Source: a virus (lineage: Duplodnaviria; Heunggongvirae; Uroviricota; Caudoviricetes). From it: 10,069 nucleotides of DNA. Numbering within the stretch: position 1 is the first letter of the stretch; the number at the start of each line of letters is the position of its first letter. The DNA lies in IMG/VR virus record IMGVR_UViG_3300046500_000231, positions 1 to 10,069 of that record; one strand, 5' to 3'. The translations under genes and the position numbers were made by a program. Shown here one piece after another: positions 1 to 7,264 of the stretch. Under the pieces are notes generated by a model. That model saw only the letters and a program-made list of their open reading frames with translations, was not told the DNA's origin and ran no database searches.

Positions 1-1642
1 CCGCACCCGTGTTGAGCAGCCCCGAGTCGAGGAAGATGCCGGTCGCCTGATCGGTCATCTGCTTGCCCAGCGCGTATTGCTGGAACATTTTGAAGGACGT
101 GCCCACGCGCGAGACACCGGCGCCCCCGCCCATGCCCCCGCCCATCGTCTTGTTCTGGTCAACGACGCTCATCAGGTTGATGAGGCCGTCGTCCGACAGA
201 CTGCGTGCGCCCGCGCCGCCCATCATGCGCAGCACGCTTTCCATGTCCTGAATCGACACCTTGCCGCCGGTGCCGGTGGAGACTTTCTGAATCAGGTTGA
301 GCGTCTTGAGCGCCGCTTGCGGGTCATACACCTGCTCGCGCGCCTCGATTACGCCCATCGCGTTACGGATGGTGTTCTCCATGCCGCCGTGCGCGAAACC
401 GAGTGCCTGCAGGTTGTAGGCCATCTTCGAGGCGGTGGGCAGCACCGCGTCGATGATCGCCTGGTTGTTCGAGCCCACTGAGCCGATCGCGCCCAGCCGT
501 GCGTTGACCGCATCGGTGCGCGAGAGAAACGGGTTCTGGCGCGCGAGGTCGTCGGCCTTCAGATTGAACTGCTGATTCTCTCCGTCGCTCATGCCCATCG
601 CTTGCAGACGGACCTGCGCGCGCTGGTATTCGCCGGCATCGTTGATGCTGCCTTTGATGCCCTGCTCGATCTTCATGCCCGCGTAGACGCCCGCCATCGC
701 ACGCAGCGACTCGGTGAGCGCGTCCGCTTGCTGGCGCGTGTTGCGCATGTTGCTGCCCGCGCGCTGCATCGCGTTCGTGTTCGCGTTCGTTGCGAGCGAG
801 TTGTCGGTGAGCGCCGTGGTGTTGGCGCCGACCGCGCTCGTGAGCGACGTGGTGGCCACGACATGCTTGTCGGTGGCGGCCGTGTTGCTGTTGGTCGCCT
901 TGACGAGCTGGATCATGACGCCTGCGAGGCGCCGCACTTCGTATTCGAGTTTGCTGGTGTTGCCGGCGGCCGATCCCGCGGCTTGCGCTTGCTGACCCTG
1001 GCCCTGTGCGGCCTGCTTGGCGCTATTGCCCAGTGCGGCGTTGGCCATTGCCGCTTTCATGGCCGCGGACGGTGCGGATAAGAGCGCGGCGGTCGCCTTG
1101 CCGGAGGAGGCGGCAATTCCTGCATTGGCGGCGTTGACTTCACCGGCTGCAGCGGTTGCCGCCTGGCCCGTCTGGGCGAGCCCTTCACGCGCCTTGAGCA
1201 ACGCCGGCACGGTCTTGTCCATGCCCGCGGCGAGGTTGTTGGCGGCCGCGGCCGTCTTTTCGACCTGCGTGTTGGCGGACGCGGCCGCTTCACCGACGGC
1301 GCCCACACCCTTGGCGGCTTGCTGCGCGAGATCGCCCGCCTTTTGCAGCCCGGTCGCGAGCGACGTCATCGACTTGGCGACTTCGCCCACGGCTTGCTGC
1401 ACCGGACCCATTTCGGTCGAGGCGCCCTTCATGCCCGAGGCGAACGAGGCGAGCTTGGCGGCGATCGACTCCATCTGCTTGGCGGCAGACGCGAGCGGGT
1501 TTTCGACGCTCTTGGCGGAGGTGGCGAGATCCTTTAAGCCGGTGTTGAGCGCGTCGGACGTGCTCGTCGCCTGCTTGGTTTTCAGCGTAAAGCCGCTGTC
1601 GTCCAGTGTCAGGACAACCTTGATATCGCCACCAATTGCCAT
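1..1642 (-). CDS. Tape measure protein, 5' part (547 codons, runs off the left edge)
   Basis: Hand translation from ATG at 1642 (MAIGGDIKVVLTLDDSGFTLKTKQA...) has no stop to the window edge (frame 2..1642). The ATG directly follows the TAA of the TAC frameshift ORF (TAAATG). Ala/Gly/Thr-rich helical composition and position right after the TAC genes. Missing from the ORF track because it is truncated. Confidence 0.92.
   Translation of the reverse strand, partial: MAIGGDIKVVLTLDDSGFTLKTKQATSTSDALNTGLKDLATSAKSVENPLASAAKQMESIAAKLASFASGMKGASTEMGPVQQAVGEVAKSMTSLATGLQKAGDLAQQAAKGVGAVGEAAASANTQVEKTAAAANNLAAGMDKTVPALLKAREGLAQTGQAATAAAGEVNAANAGIAASSGKATAALLSAPSAAMKAAMANAALGNSAKQAAQGQGQQAQAAGSAAGNTSKLEYEVRRLAGVMIQLVKATNSNTAATDKHVVATTSLTSAVGANTTALTDNSLATNANTNAMQRAGSNMRNTRQQADALTESLRAMAGVYAGMKIEQGIKGSINDAGEYQRAQVRLQAMGMSDGENQQFNLKADDLARQNPFLSRTDAVNARLGAIGSVGSNNQAIIDAVLPTASKMAYNLQALGFAHGGMENTIRNAMGVIEAREQVYDPQAALKTLNLIQKVSTGTGGKVSIQDMESVLRMMGGAGARSLSDDGLINLMSVVDQNKTMGGGMGGGAGVSRVGTSFKMFQQYALGKQMTDQATGIFLDSGLLNTGA
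122..145. repeat. Perfect 12-bp tandem duplication (gcccccgcccat x2) encoding MGGG-MGGG in the tape measure protein
   Basis: 122-133 and 134-145 are identical; in-frame on the minus strand. Confidence 0.9.
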
Positions 1643-2005
1643 TTAAACCCTCGACCCTATCGTTTGTTCCGCCATGAATTTCAAGTCCGCGAAGCCCTCC
1701 TCGTCTCGCTGCGCCTCCTGCTTGATCACCGCGGCCGAACTCATCTTGGCGATCTGGCCGACTTCGACGATCAAGCGCTGTCGGTAGTCGGAGATCACCG
1801 GCCCGTCCTGCTGAGAGACTGCGGCGACCGTGAGGGCGCGCATGTCTTTCTGGGCGCTGATGCGATCGACGTTTTCGTGGTAGAGCCAGAAACGCCGCAT
1901 CGGCATCGCAAGGAGTTGTTCGTCGGTGCGCTGGTAGAAGTGCGCGACCCGGCAATAGAGGAACCCGAAATCGAGCGCCTCCAGTGCCGGCTTGCTCAGT
2001 TTCCC
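1643..2005 (-). CDS. Tail assembly chaperone C-terminal extension (lambda gpT-like), reached by -1 frameshift; about 235-aa fusion with the TAC
   Basis: The -1 frame is open from the slippery site (GKLSKPALEALDFGFLYCRVAHFYQRTDEQLLAMPMRRFWLYHENVDR...) to TAA at 1643-1645 and is in frame with track ORF 1643..1906. The CRVAHFY...LLAMPMRRF pattern is typical of gpT-type domains. Confidence 0.85.
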   Translation of the reverse strand, partial: GKLSKPALEALDFGFLYCRVAHFYQRTDEQLLAMPMRRFWLYHENVDRISAQKDMRALTVAAVSQQDGPVISDYRQRLIVEVGQIAKMSSAAVIKQEAQRDEEGFADLKFMAEQTIGSRV

Positions 2006-2349
2006 GAGGGTTGCCCCGCTTCTTGGGCTGCGGCCTGTTCAAGCGCCGCTTCGACCTTCTCGTCGTCCTCGCCCTTGATGAAGGAGGTGATCTTGTTGAG
2101 CGACTCCACCGACAGCCCCTTGAGGGAGGCCGGCTTCATGCCGGGGATGCTGCGCACGATCATGTCGACCGCCGCCTCGATGTGGTCCGCCAGCGTCGCG
2201 TCTTCGCGCGCCACGAGCTTTTGCGCGATGCGCGAGGTTTCGATGAAGTTGGCGACGGTCATCGCGGGCACCTTGTAGGTGACGCCACCGAGAACCAGTT
2301 CGCGCGATTCCTGTTCGGCCAATGCGTCCAGGTTCAAAATCTTGGTCAT
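1996..2349 (-). CDS. Tail assembly chaperone (lambda gpG-like), 117 aa
   Basis: Lies between MTP and tape measure genes. SD AGGAG upstream. N-terminal 'LNLDALA...RELVLGGVTYKVPAMTV.NF' pattern and a terminal slippery site. Confidence 0.85.
   Translation of the reverse strand: MTKILNLDALAEQESRELVLGGVTYKVPAMTVANFIETSRIAQKLVAREDATLADHIEAAVDMIVRSIPGMKPASLKGLSVESLNKITSFIKGEDDEKVEAALEQAAAQEAGQPSGN
1999..2005 (-). other. -1 programmed ribosomal frameshift slippery heptamer G GGA AAC
   Basis: Minus strand reads CCC TCG GGA AAC TGA, an X-XXY-YYZ heptamer in the correct phase immediately before the TAC stop. Lambda G-T uses GGGAAAG. Confidence 0.85.
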
Positions 2350-2367
2350 TGCTGTGCTCCTAGAGAC

Positions 2368-2391
2368 AGCCCCGCTACGGGGAGCGGGGCT
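2368..2391 (-). terminator. Perfect 9-bp GC-rich hairpin after MTP (AGCCCCGCT-N6-AGCGGGGCT); lacks a U-tract, so a weak terminator, pause site or 3' stabiliser
   Basis: Arms 2368-2376 and 2383-2391 are exact reverse complements. On the minus strand the hairpin is followed by GUCUCU, not poly-U. Confidence 0.5.
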
Positions 2392-2409
2392 TGGGGTGTG
2401 TTACTCAAC

Positions 2410-2425
2410 CGTCATTTCTGACTGT
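2410..2425. promoter_or_regulatory. Palindromic motif, copy 1 (variant CGTCATTTCTGACTGT), just after the MTP stop
   Basis: 14/16 match to AGTCAGTTCTGACTGT, intergenic. Confidence 0.7.
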
Positions 2426-2433
2426 TGGCTCAG

Positions 2434-2952
2434 TTACGGTGCGACCGGTGCGGCGCCGACCTTGAACAGCTTTTGGGTGGCCGGATCGGGGTAGCCCGTG
2501 AAGTCCACCGAGAAGATGCGTTCCTTCTCGACTTCATACGCGAAATCGAGCGCACCGGCGGTTGCCGCCAGCGGCACCACGAAGTCTTCCGAGTAGTCGG
2601 TGTCGGCTTTCGCGATCGGGTGCAGGCGCAGTTCCTTCGCGATCGAGAGCAAGTCGATGCCGATACCCACCGACACTTCGACGCTCTTGTCCGTGCCCGA
2701 ACCCACGAGCGTTGCGCCCGGCATGATCGCCACCAGGTTGTCCAGCGTCGTTTCCGCGAGCGGCACCTTCACCGACACGTCGCGCGCCATGATCAGTTCG
2801 TTGATGGTGGTCTTGCCGAACTGGTCGACGTTGACCTTGTGGGTGTCAGTCTTCACCGACACTTGCACACCACCTTGCGTGTAGCCGAGGTCCACGGCGT
2901 CGAAATACACCCGGCAGACCCCCAACTTCACATTCTTTGTATCGCTTGCCAT
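2434..2952 (-). CDS. Major tail (tube) protein, 172 aa
   Basis: 'NVKLGVCRVYF..DLGYTQGGV.V.V' N-terminus is typical of siphovirus tail tube proteins. Strong SD AAAGGAG. Located between neck and TAC genes. Confidence 0.9.
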   Translation of the reverse strand: MASDTKNVKLGVCRVYFDAVDLGYTQGGVQVSVKTDTHKVNVDQFGKTTINELIMARDVSVKVPLAETTLDNLVAIMPGATLVGSGTDKSVEVSVGIGIDLLSIAKELRLHPIAKADTDYSEDFVVPLAATAGALDFAYEVEKERIFSVDFTGYPDPATQKLFKVGAAPVAP

Positions 2953-2960
2953 CTAAACTC

Positions 2961-2970
2961 CTTTGCAAAG
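2961..2970. promoter_or_regulatory. Perfect palindrome CTTTGCAAAG overlapping the MTP Shine-Dalgarno (RBS-occluding hairpin)
   Basis: Minus-strand RNA AAACCUCUUUGCAAAGGAGUUU can fold with AAAGGAG in the 3' arm. Confidence 0.5.
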
Positions 2971-2980
2971 AGGTTTTAAT

Positions 2981-2996
2981 AGTCAGTTCTGACTGT
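2981..2996. promoter_or_regulatory. Palindromic motif, copy 2 (AGTCAGTTCTGACTGT), upstream of MTP
   Basis: Exact 16-bp copy; AGTCAG/CTGACT inverted arms. Confidence 0.85.
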
Positions 2997-3001
2997 GGCC
3001 G

Positions 3002-3030
3002 AATATACCACAGGCAGCCCTAGGAGTCAC
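3002..3030 (-). promoter_or_regulatory. Putative sigma70 promoter for MTP (GTGACT-N17-TATATT with extended -10 TG)
   Basis: -35 at 3030-3025, TG at 3010-3009, -10 at 3007-3002. Predicted start near 2996, on motif copy 2. Confidence 0.5.
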
Positions 3031-3037
3031 GTCGAAC

Positions 3038-3511
3038 TCAGTTGATACTGAGCTTTACGGCCGCCGTAATGGCCGCCACCACGTGCTTTTCCGCGTCCGC
3101 CGCCGCGCGTGTCATGTAGCCGCCGCCGACCACGTTGCGCCCGCCGTCTTTCGCCTCGGATTTCTCGCCGCGCTGCATCGAGCCGCCCGCCGGCTCCATG
3201 TGCTCATGCACCTCGTAGGCGTAGTCGCCCACGGTCTTGCCGGGCCGCTCGGGCACGGGCATGTCCTGGTCGACATACACCTCCACGCTCTTGCGCACGA
3301 ACTGGCCGGCGCCGTTGCGACCGCCTCCGGTCTCGCGCACCTTGATGGCTTCCTCGAGGTTGCCGTGATCGATCGGGGCATACTCGCGCGCATACATCGC
3401 CACCGTCTCGGCTTCAGTGCGCATCGCGGCGATGGCGCCCTTCACGGCCTTCTCCCCCACTTGCTGAAGCAGGATGGCGAGGTTATCGAGCCCCTGGGTC
3501 TCTACTGGCAT
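3038..3511 (-). CDS. HK97 gp10-like neck/tail completion protein, 157 aa
   Basis: 'AREYAPIDHGNLEEAI' and 'YAYEVHE' motifs match the gp10-like family. The likely start is ATG 3511 (TGATG overlap with the upstream stop, SD AGGAG) rather than 3535. Confidence 0.8.
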   Translation of the reverse strand: MPVETQGLDNLAILLQQVGEKAVKGAIAAMRTEAETVAMYAREYAPIDHGNLEEAIKVRETGGGRNGAGQFVRKSVEVYVDQDMPVPERPGKTVGDYAYEVHEHMEPAGGSMQRGEKSEAKDGGRNVVGGGYMTRAAADAEKHVVAAITAAVKLSIN

Positions 3512-3912
3512 CAGAGCGTCTCCTGCACGAAGCACACTTCGAGGTAGACGTTGAACTCGATCAGGTTGCCGCTCGAGAGCGGAAACACCGAGGGCAGCGC
3601 CACCGGCCGGCAGTAGTTGAAGGTCATGCGGTTCACGCCGTCCTCGAGCACCGTGCCGGGGTCGAGCGTGAGCGCTGCGAGCGCCGCACTCATGCGCGCG
3701 TCGGCCTTCAGATAGGTCGTGTCGCGCGCGATCACCTGCACCCGGGTCTTGAAAAAGCCCGGCAACTGGTGATTGATCTTGGTGCCGTTCAGGTCGTTGC
3801 GCACCAGCACCGCCGAGGTGGCGCCAGTGGGCAGCATGTAGGCAAAGAGGTTGGTGCCCATCTGGCCGACACCCTGGTCGACAAGACGCTGCACCAGCGG
3901 CATTACGTTCAT
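3511..3912 (-). CDS. Tail terminator-like protein (Minor_capsid_3-type), 133 aa
   Basis: 'NLFAYMLP...VQVIARDTTY..A' pattern and position in the neck cluster. Abuts the upstream gene (TAAATG). Confidence 0.7.
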   Translation of the reverse strand: MNVMPLVQRLVDQGVGQMGTNLFAYMLPTGATSAVLVRNDLNGTKINHQLPGFFKTRVQVIARDTTYLKADARMSAALAALTLDPGTVLEDGVNRMTFNYCRPVALPSVFPLSSGNLIEFNVYLEVCFVQETL

Positions 3913-4257
3913 TTACGCACTCCAGTGAATGACGGACGCCTCGAGGTGATCCGGGCGCCCGGCGAGGTCAAACTGCCGTGTGAGCGCGGCAATTCGCACG
4001 CGCTGGCCGGCGACGGTGGCCACCGCATCGATCACGGCCGCGGTCTTGGGCGAGAGCAGAATCACGCCGTCGGCCTCGAGCTCGTTGGCGTTGCCGCGTG
4101 TGGCGGAGCTATCGGCGCGCACCGAGGTTTTCTCAGAGCGTGCGGTGAGCGACACCACCGCGCAGCGCTCCTGCACGAGCGTGGGCGCCTTCGGTTGCCC
4201 GTAGACGTCGGTGCCGGCGGAAATCTCCAGCACAATGGGTTGGTTAGGCCGGAACAT
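3913..4257 (-). CDS. Head closure / head-tail joining protein, 114 aa
   Basis: Real start is ATG 4257 (MFRPNQPIVLE...TDVYGQP...). The 'D.YGQP' motif and small beta-rich size are typical. The track's 4632 start is a shadow extension over the upstream gene. Confidence 0.7.
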   Translation of the reverse strand: MFRPNQPIVLEISAGTDVYGQPKAPTLVQERCAVVSLTARSEKTSVRADSSATRGNANELEADGVILLSPKTAAVIDAVATVAGQRVRIAALTRQFDLAGRPDHLEASVIHWSA

Positions 4258-4891
4258 CGATGACTTTCGCCTCCGCGCGAGTGTTGGGATGAAAAATGCG
4301 CTGGCGCACGCTGGGCAGCTCCTTGAGCGCCACGCGTTGCATGTAGCCGTCGGGCGTGAAAACAAAGATCGCGTCCTTGTTGAGCCGGATCGCCTCGCCC
4401 ACCACCGCATCCACCGAGGCCTGCACCGCAAACTGGCGGATCGTGGTCTTGACGAGCGTCTGGGCCGGGAACTTGCGCCCGAGCGAATCCTGCGCCTTGA
4501 ATTCGATGCCGCCGATTTTCTGCTGCACAAGCTGCCCCATGCCCCCGGTTGCGCCCTTGAGCATCGCAGCGACACCGGTCTGCCCGCCCGCGATGGCACG
4601 TGTGACGGTCTTGATGTTTTGCGCGAGCGCAACCCGCAGCATGTCGAGCGTCGAACCGATGCGCGAGCCGTCGGCGCCCACTTCGCTTGCGTAGGCGATA
4701 AGAGCCGCGTCGGTGCGCTCGATGAAGGCGTGCGCGAGCTTGTGGGCTTCGCGCTGCAGTTGAGTGAGACTGGCGGCGGTCACGTGCGCGCCCGGTGCGA
4801 CGGCGGCCAGATACAGGCCGCGCAGCGCAAAGAGCAGCGCCTCGTAGTCGACGCCGATCCGGTTGGTGAGATCGTCGTAGGCCATGATCAC
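4244..4891 (-). CDS. Hypothetical virion morphogenesis protein, 215 aa; possible degenerate SPP1 gp7/MuF-like minor head protein
   Basis: GTGA overlap with the upstream stop (alternative ATG at 4885). Helical N-terminus, 'DSLGRKF' and C-terminal 'FHPN' motifs. Function is inferred. Confidence 0.6.
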   Translation of the reverse strand: MIMAYDDLTNRIGVDYEALLFALRGLYLAAVAPGAHVTAASLTQLQREAHKLAHAFIERTDAALIAYASEVGADGSRIGSTLDMLRVALAQNIKTVTRAIAGGQTGVAAMLKGATGGMGQLVQQKIGGIEFKAQDSLGRKFPAQTLVKTTIRQFAVQASVDAVVGEAIRLNKDAIFVFTPDGYMQRVALKELPSVRQRIFHPNTRAEAKVIDVPA

Positions 4892-5745
4892 GTGCGAGCG
4901 AGGCGCTTATTCATCGCCACGAAGTAGGAGACGTAGGAGAGCGCGCGCTTGCAGCACGGCAGATCGAGCGGCTTGGTGGAGCGGTAGCTCTGCCGGGTCT
5001 GCCCGATCGCGTCCGAGGTGAGACCCGCAAGACGCTTGTCCAGCTCCGCGTCGCCCGACAGAATGTAGTCGGCTTCAGCCACCTGCGCCTTGCGCAGTGC
5101 GCCCTTGAAGCGCTCGGGGAGTGCCGCGAACTGCTCGGCGTTGAGCAGCTCCAGGTTGCCGTCGAACATGAAGAGGCCATTCGTTGCGACATACTTGGAC
5201 TGATACACGCCTTCGGGCACGAAGTTCAGGCTGTCCTGGCCGAAGTTGATGTTGCTGTTGAGCAGGTAATACGAGAGCTTCACGAGGTGCCAGCGCGCCT
5301 CGATCATGGCCGCGTAGCGCTCCTCGTCGGTTGCTGCATCCCAGCCCGGCGTGCCGGGAATCTCGGCGGCCATCAATTGCGCCTGCGCGTAGGTCTGAAA
5401 GCTGTTGACCCCAGGCACGAGCACCGCGACCGGCTCCAGGCCGTAGGCGTAGGTCTGCACGACCTGATTGCCCGCGCCCGCGAACATCACGTAAAGCTCG
5501 ATCACGCGTGCCTCGCGCGTGGGGATGGTGTCTTGCGTGGAGGCTGCGCCCATCACGTTCAGACTCGCAGGCACGTCGATAGTCACCGTCTTGCCGCCGG
5601 CGTAGTTCGTCACGGGCTGACGCGGCGCGAGCTCCACGTCGTCCTGATTCAGCACGCGATAGTCGACCTGCGCCACGGGGTCCGCCCCGATGAGGCGAAT
5701 CGGAATGACACACTCGACCGCGGTGCCTGCGAGAAAGAAGTCCAT
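4888..5745 (-). CDS. Head-tail adaptor/connector with an extra N-terminal beta-rich domain, 285 aa
   Basis: C-terminal half (NSFQTYAQA...W.AATDEER.AA.IEA...LP..FK.AL..AQVAEA...SDAIGQTRQSY) resembles gp15/gp6-type adaptors, often annotated DnaT-like. SD AGGAG upstream. Confidence 0.7.
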   Translation of the reverse strand: MDFFLAGTAVECVIPIRLIGADPVAQVDYRVLNQDDVELAPRQPVTNYAGGKTVTIDVPASLNVMGAASTQDTIPTREARVIELYVMFAGAGNQVVQTYAYGLEPVAVLVPGVNSFQTYAQAQLMAAEIPGTPGWDAATDEERYAAMIEARWHLVKLSYYLLNSNINFGQDSLNFVPEGVYQSKYVATNGLFMFDGNLELLNAEQFAALPERFKGALRKAQVAEADYILSGDAELDKRLAGLTSDAIGQTRQSYRSTKPLDLPCCKRALSYVSYFVAMNKRLART

Positions 5746-5754
5746 GCGCGCTCC

Positions 5755-6201
5755 TTACTCGCTCGGTGCGTCGAACGTGCCGCCGGTGGCTTTGACCAGC
5801 GCATCGATCAGGCCGCGAATCGAGTTGCCCTTGATGCCCATCGGCTCGGCAATGTCGCGCAGCCCGCCGATGCCCTTCTCGTCGGCAATGGCCGCCAGTG
5901 CGCTCTCGTTGAAGACGGGCTTGCCGGCGGCAGGCGCCTGGGCCGCGGGTGCCGGTTCGGGCGTATGCTCGGTCACGACAGTGGTCGCCTGGGTGCTCAC
6001 CGCCTCGGTGTGCATGCTGTCGAGCAAGTGCTGCGCGACGTTGGGGTTGGTGCCGTCCTCGTATTCGCAGCGATAGACCGCAGCCAGGCGAGTCGCGTCA
6101 CGGCGCGACACGTCCGTGGTGGAGAGTCCGTCGACGAAAAAGATCGCGCCCATTTGCGCGGTGTAGTGCTGCATGCCGGGGTCAGTCAGTCGGAGTTTCA
6201 T
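5755..6201 (-). CDS. Hypothetical protein, 148 aa, with a Pro/Ala/Thr linker and a C-terminal HeH/LEM/Rho-N-like helical motif
   Basis: SD AAAGGA upstream. C-terminus 'ESALAAIADEKGIGGLRDIAEPMGIKGNSIRGLIDALVKA' fits a helix-extended loop-helix pattern. Confidence 0.7.
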   Translation of the reverse strand: MKLRLTDPGMQHYTAQMGAIFFVDGLSTTDVSRRDATRLAAVYRCEYEDGTNPNVAQHLLDSMHTEAVSTQATTVVTEHTPEPAPAAQAPAAGKPVFNESALAAIADEKGIGGLRDIAEPMGIKGNSIRGLIDALVKATGGTFDAPSE

Positions 6202-6221
6202 TCGGTGTGTCCTTTGATGTG

Positions 6222-6249
6222 AAAAAGGGCGAGCACATGGCCCGCCCTT
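6222..6249 (-). terminator. Rho-independent terminator downstream of MCP
   Basis: Minus-strand RNA AAGGGCGGG-CCAUGUG-CUCGCCCUU-UUU: 9-bp stem with one G-U pair, ending in a U5 run. Confidence 0.8.
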
Positions 6250-6253
6250 CTAT

Positions 6254-6273
6254 CTTAGTCAGTTTTGACTAAG
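6254..6273. promoter_or_regulatory. Palindromic motif, copy 3 (CTTAGTCA-GTTT-TGACTAAG), between MCP stop and terminator
   Basis: Core AGTCAGTTTTGACT at 6257-6270 (13/14 match) with perfect 8-bp arms. Confidence 0.8.
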
Positions 6274-6280
6274 GCCGCGC

Positions 6281-7192
6281 TTAGACGTTCGAGACGCCCT
6301 TCAGACGCGCGATCGAGCGCGTGGACTTCAGCGCCAGGCCCGTATACCACTTCAGGCGGATACGCGTTGCGTCCTTGTTCTGCACCGTGCCGATGTTCTC
6401 CACGACGATGCCGGCATTGCCGCCACCATAGATGCCGTGCAGGCCATCGAGCTCGTTCAGGCGCAGCGCGTAGACCGAGCACAGGCCCGAGCCCGTGCCG
6501 ACTGCTTCGTCAGCGCCGAGGAACTCGTTCATGATGATCGGCACGCCGTTGTGCGTGAGCATCGGGCGACCGAAGTTTTCCAACTGCTGCATCACAGCGT
6601 CGGTGCCATAAGTCGCGCGCAGCAGGCCGCGGAATGCGCGGATCGTGCCACGGCGCATCACCAGGACGTCGGCGCCGTTCGGCACTGCGTCCAGCAGCTC
6701 GTCGAGCATGGTGAGGGTCAGCGCGCCGCCGTTTGCGCCCGCTTGGATCGTCTGCGTGCCGCCAGCGGCAACCGACAGGTTCGGCAGACCGTCGAACGCC
6801 TTCGGGTTGGCCGTCGCGTCGCCGGTGGCGAGCGTCTGGTGGAACATGCGCGCCACGCCCTTGGCCTTCTTGGCGATCTGGATCGCCATTTGGTCGTTGG
6901 TGTCGCTTTCGGTCGACTGCAGGAACTTGTCGATATCCACGTCGCCTGCGAGGATGCGCAGCTTCGCCACGACCTCTTCGACCGTCGATGCACTTTCGTT
7001 CACCGTGTCGTTCGGGTCGAGGAAGTCAGCGCCTGCCAGCGTGTCTTCGCGGTTGTAGACATAGGCCTTGCCGTTCACGCCGACGAACGGGAGGACCGAG
7101 AACAGGTCGTCGCGCTCGATGATTTCGTCGATGACGCCAGCGACCAGTTGGTTGTTGCTCAACAGGTCGGCCGTTTCTTTCAAAAGAGGCAT
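6281..7192 (-). CDS. Major capsid protein (HK97 fold), 303 aa
   Basis: 'LFSVLPF..VNGKAYVYNRE', 'GDVDIDKFL', 'NPKAFDGL' and 'R.RLKWY.GLA' motifs. Follows the scaffold gene. SD AAAGGA. Confidence 0.95.
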   Translation of the reverse strand: MPLLKETADLLSNNQLVAGVIDEIIERDDLFSVLPFVGVNGKAYVYNREDTLAGADFLDPNDTVNESASTVEEVVAKLRILAGDVDIDKFLQSTESDTNDQMAIQIAKKAKGVARMFHQTLATGDATANPKAFDGLPNLSVAAGGTQTIQAGANGGALTLTMLDELLDAVPNGADVLVMRRGTIRAFRGLLRATYGTDAVMQQLENFGRPMLTHNGVPIIMNEFLGADEAVGTGSGLCSVYALRLNELDGLHGIYGGGNAGIVVENIGTVQNKDATRIRLKWYTGLALKSTRSIARLKGVSNV

Positions 7193-7264
7193 TGCTTTTC
7201 CTTTAAGAGAGGTGAAACAGGTTTCGTTTCGGGCCTAGGTCGCTTTAGTCACCGATAGGTCGTG

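Noticed and set aside
1290-2042. Minus-strand 250-aa ORF crossing the TAC/TMP junction
   Set aside because: Off-frame shadow of the gpT-like and tape measure genes; it is not the frame reached by the -1 shift.
4258-4632. 5' extension of track ORF 3913..4632
   Set aside because: It overlaps the 4244..4891 gene in another frame and is Arg/Ser-rich nonsense. The recognisable protein begins at ATG 4257.
6181-6191. gtcagtcagtc half-site-like run near the start of the HeH-like gene
   Set aside because: Explained by codons CTG ACT GAC (L-T-D) and has no inverted partner.
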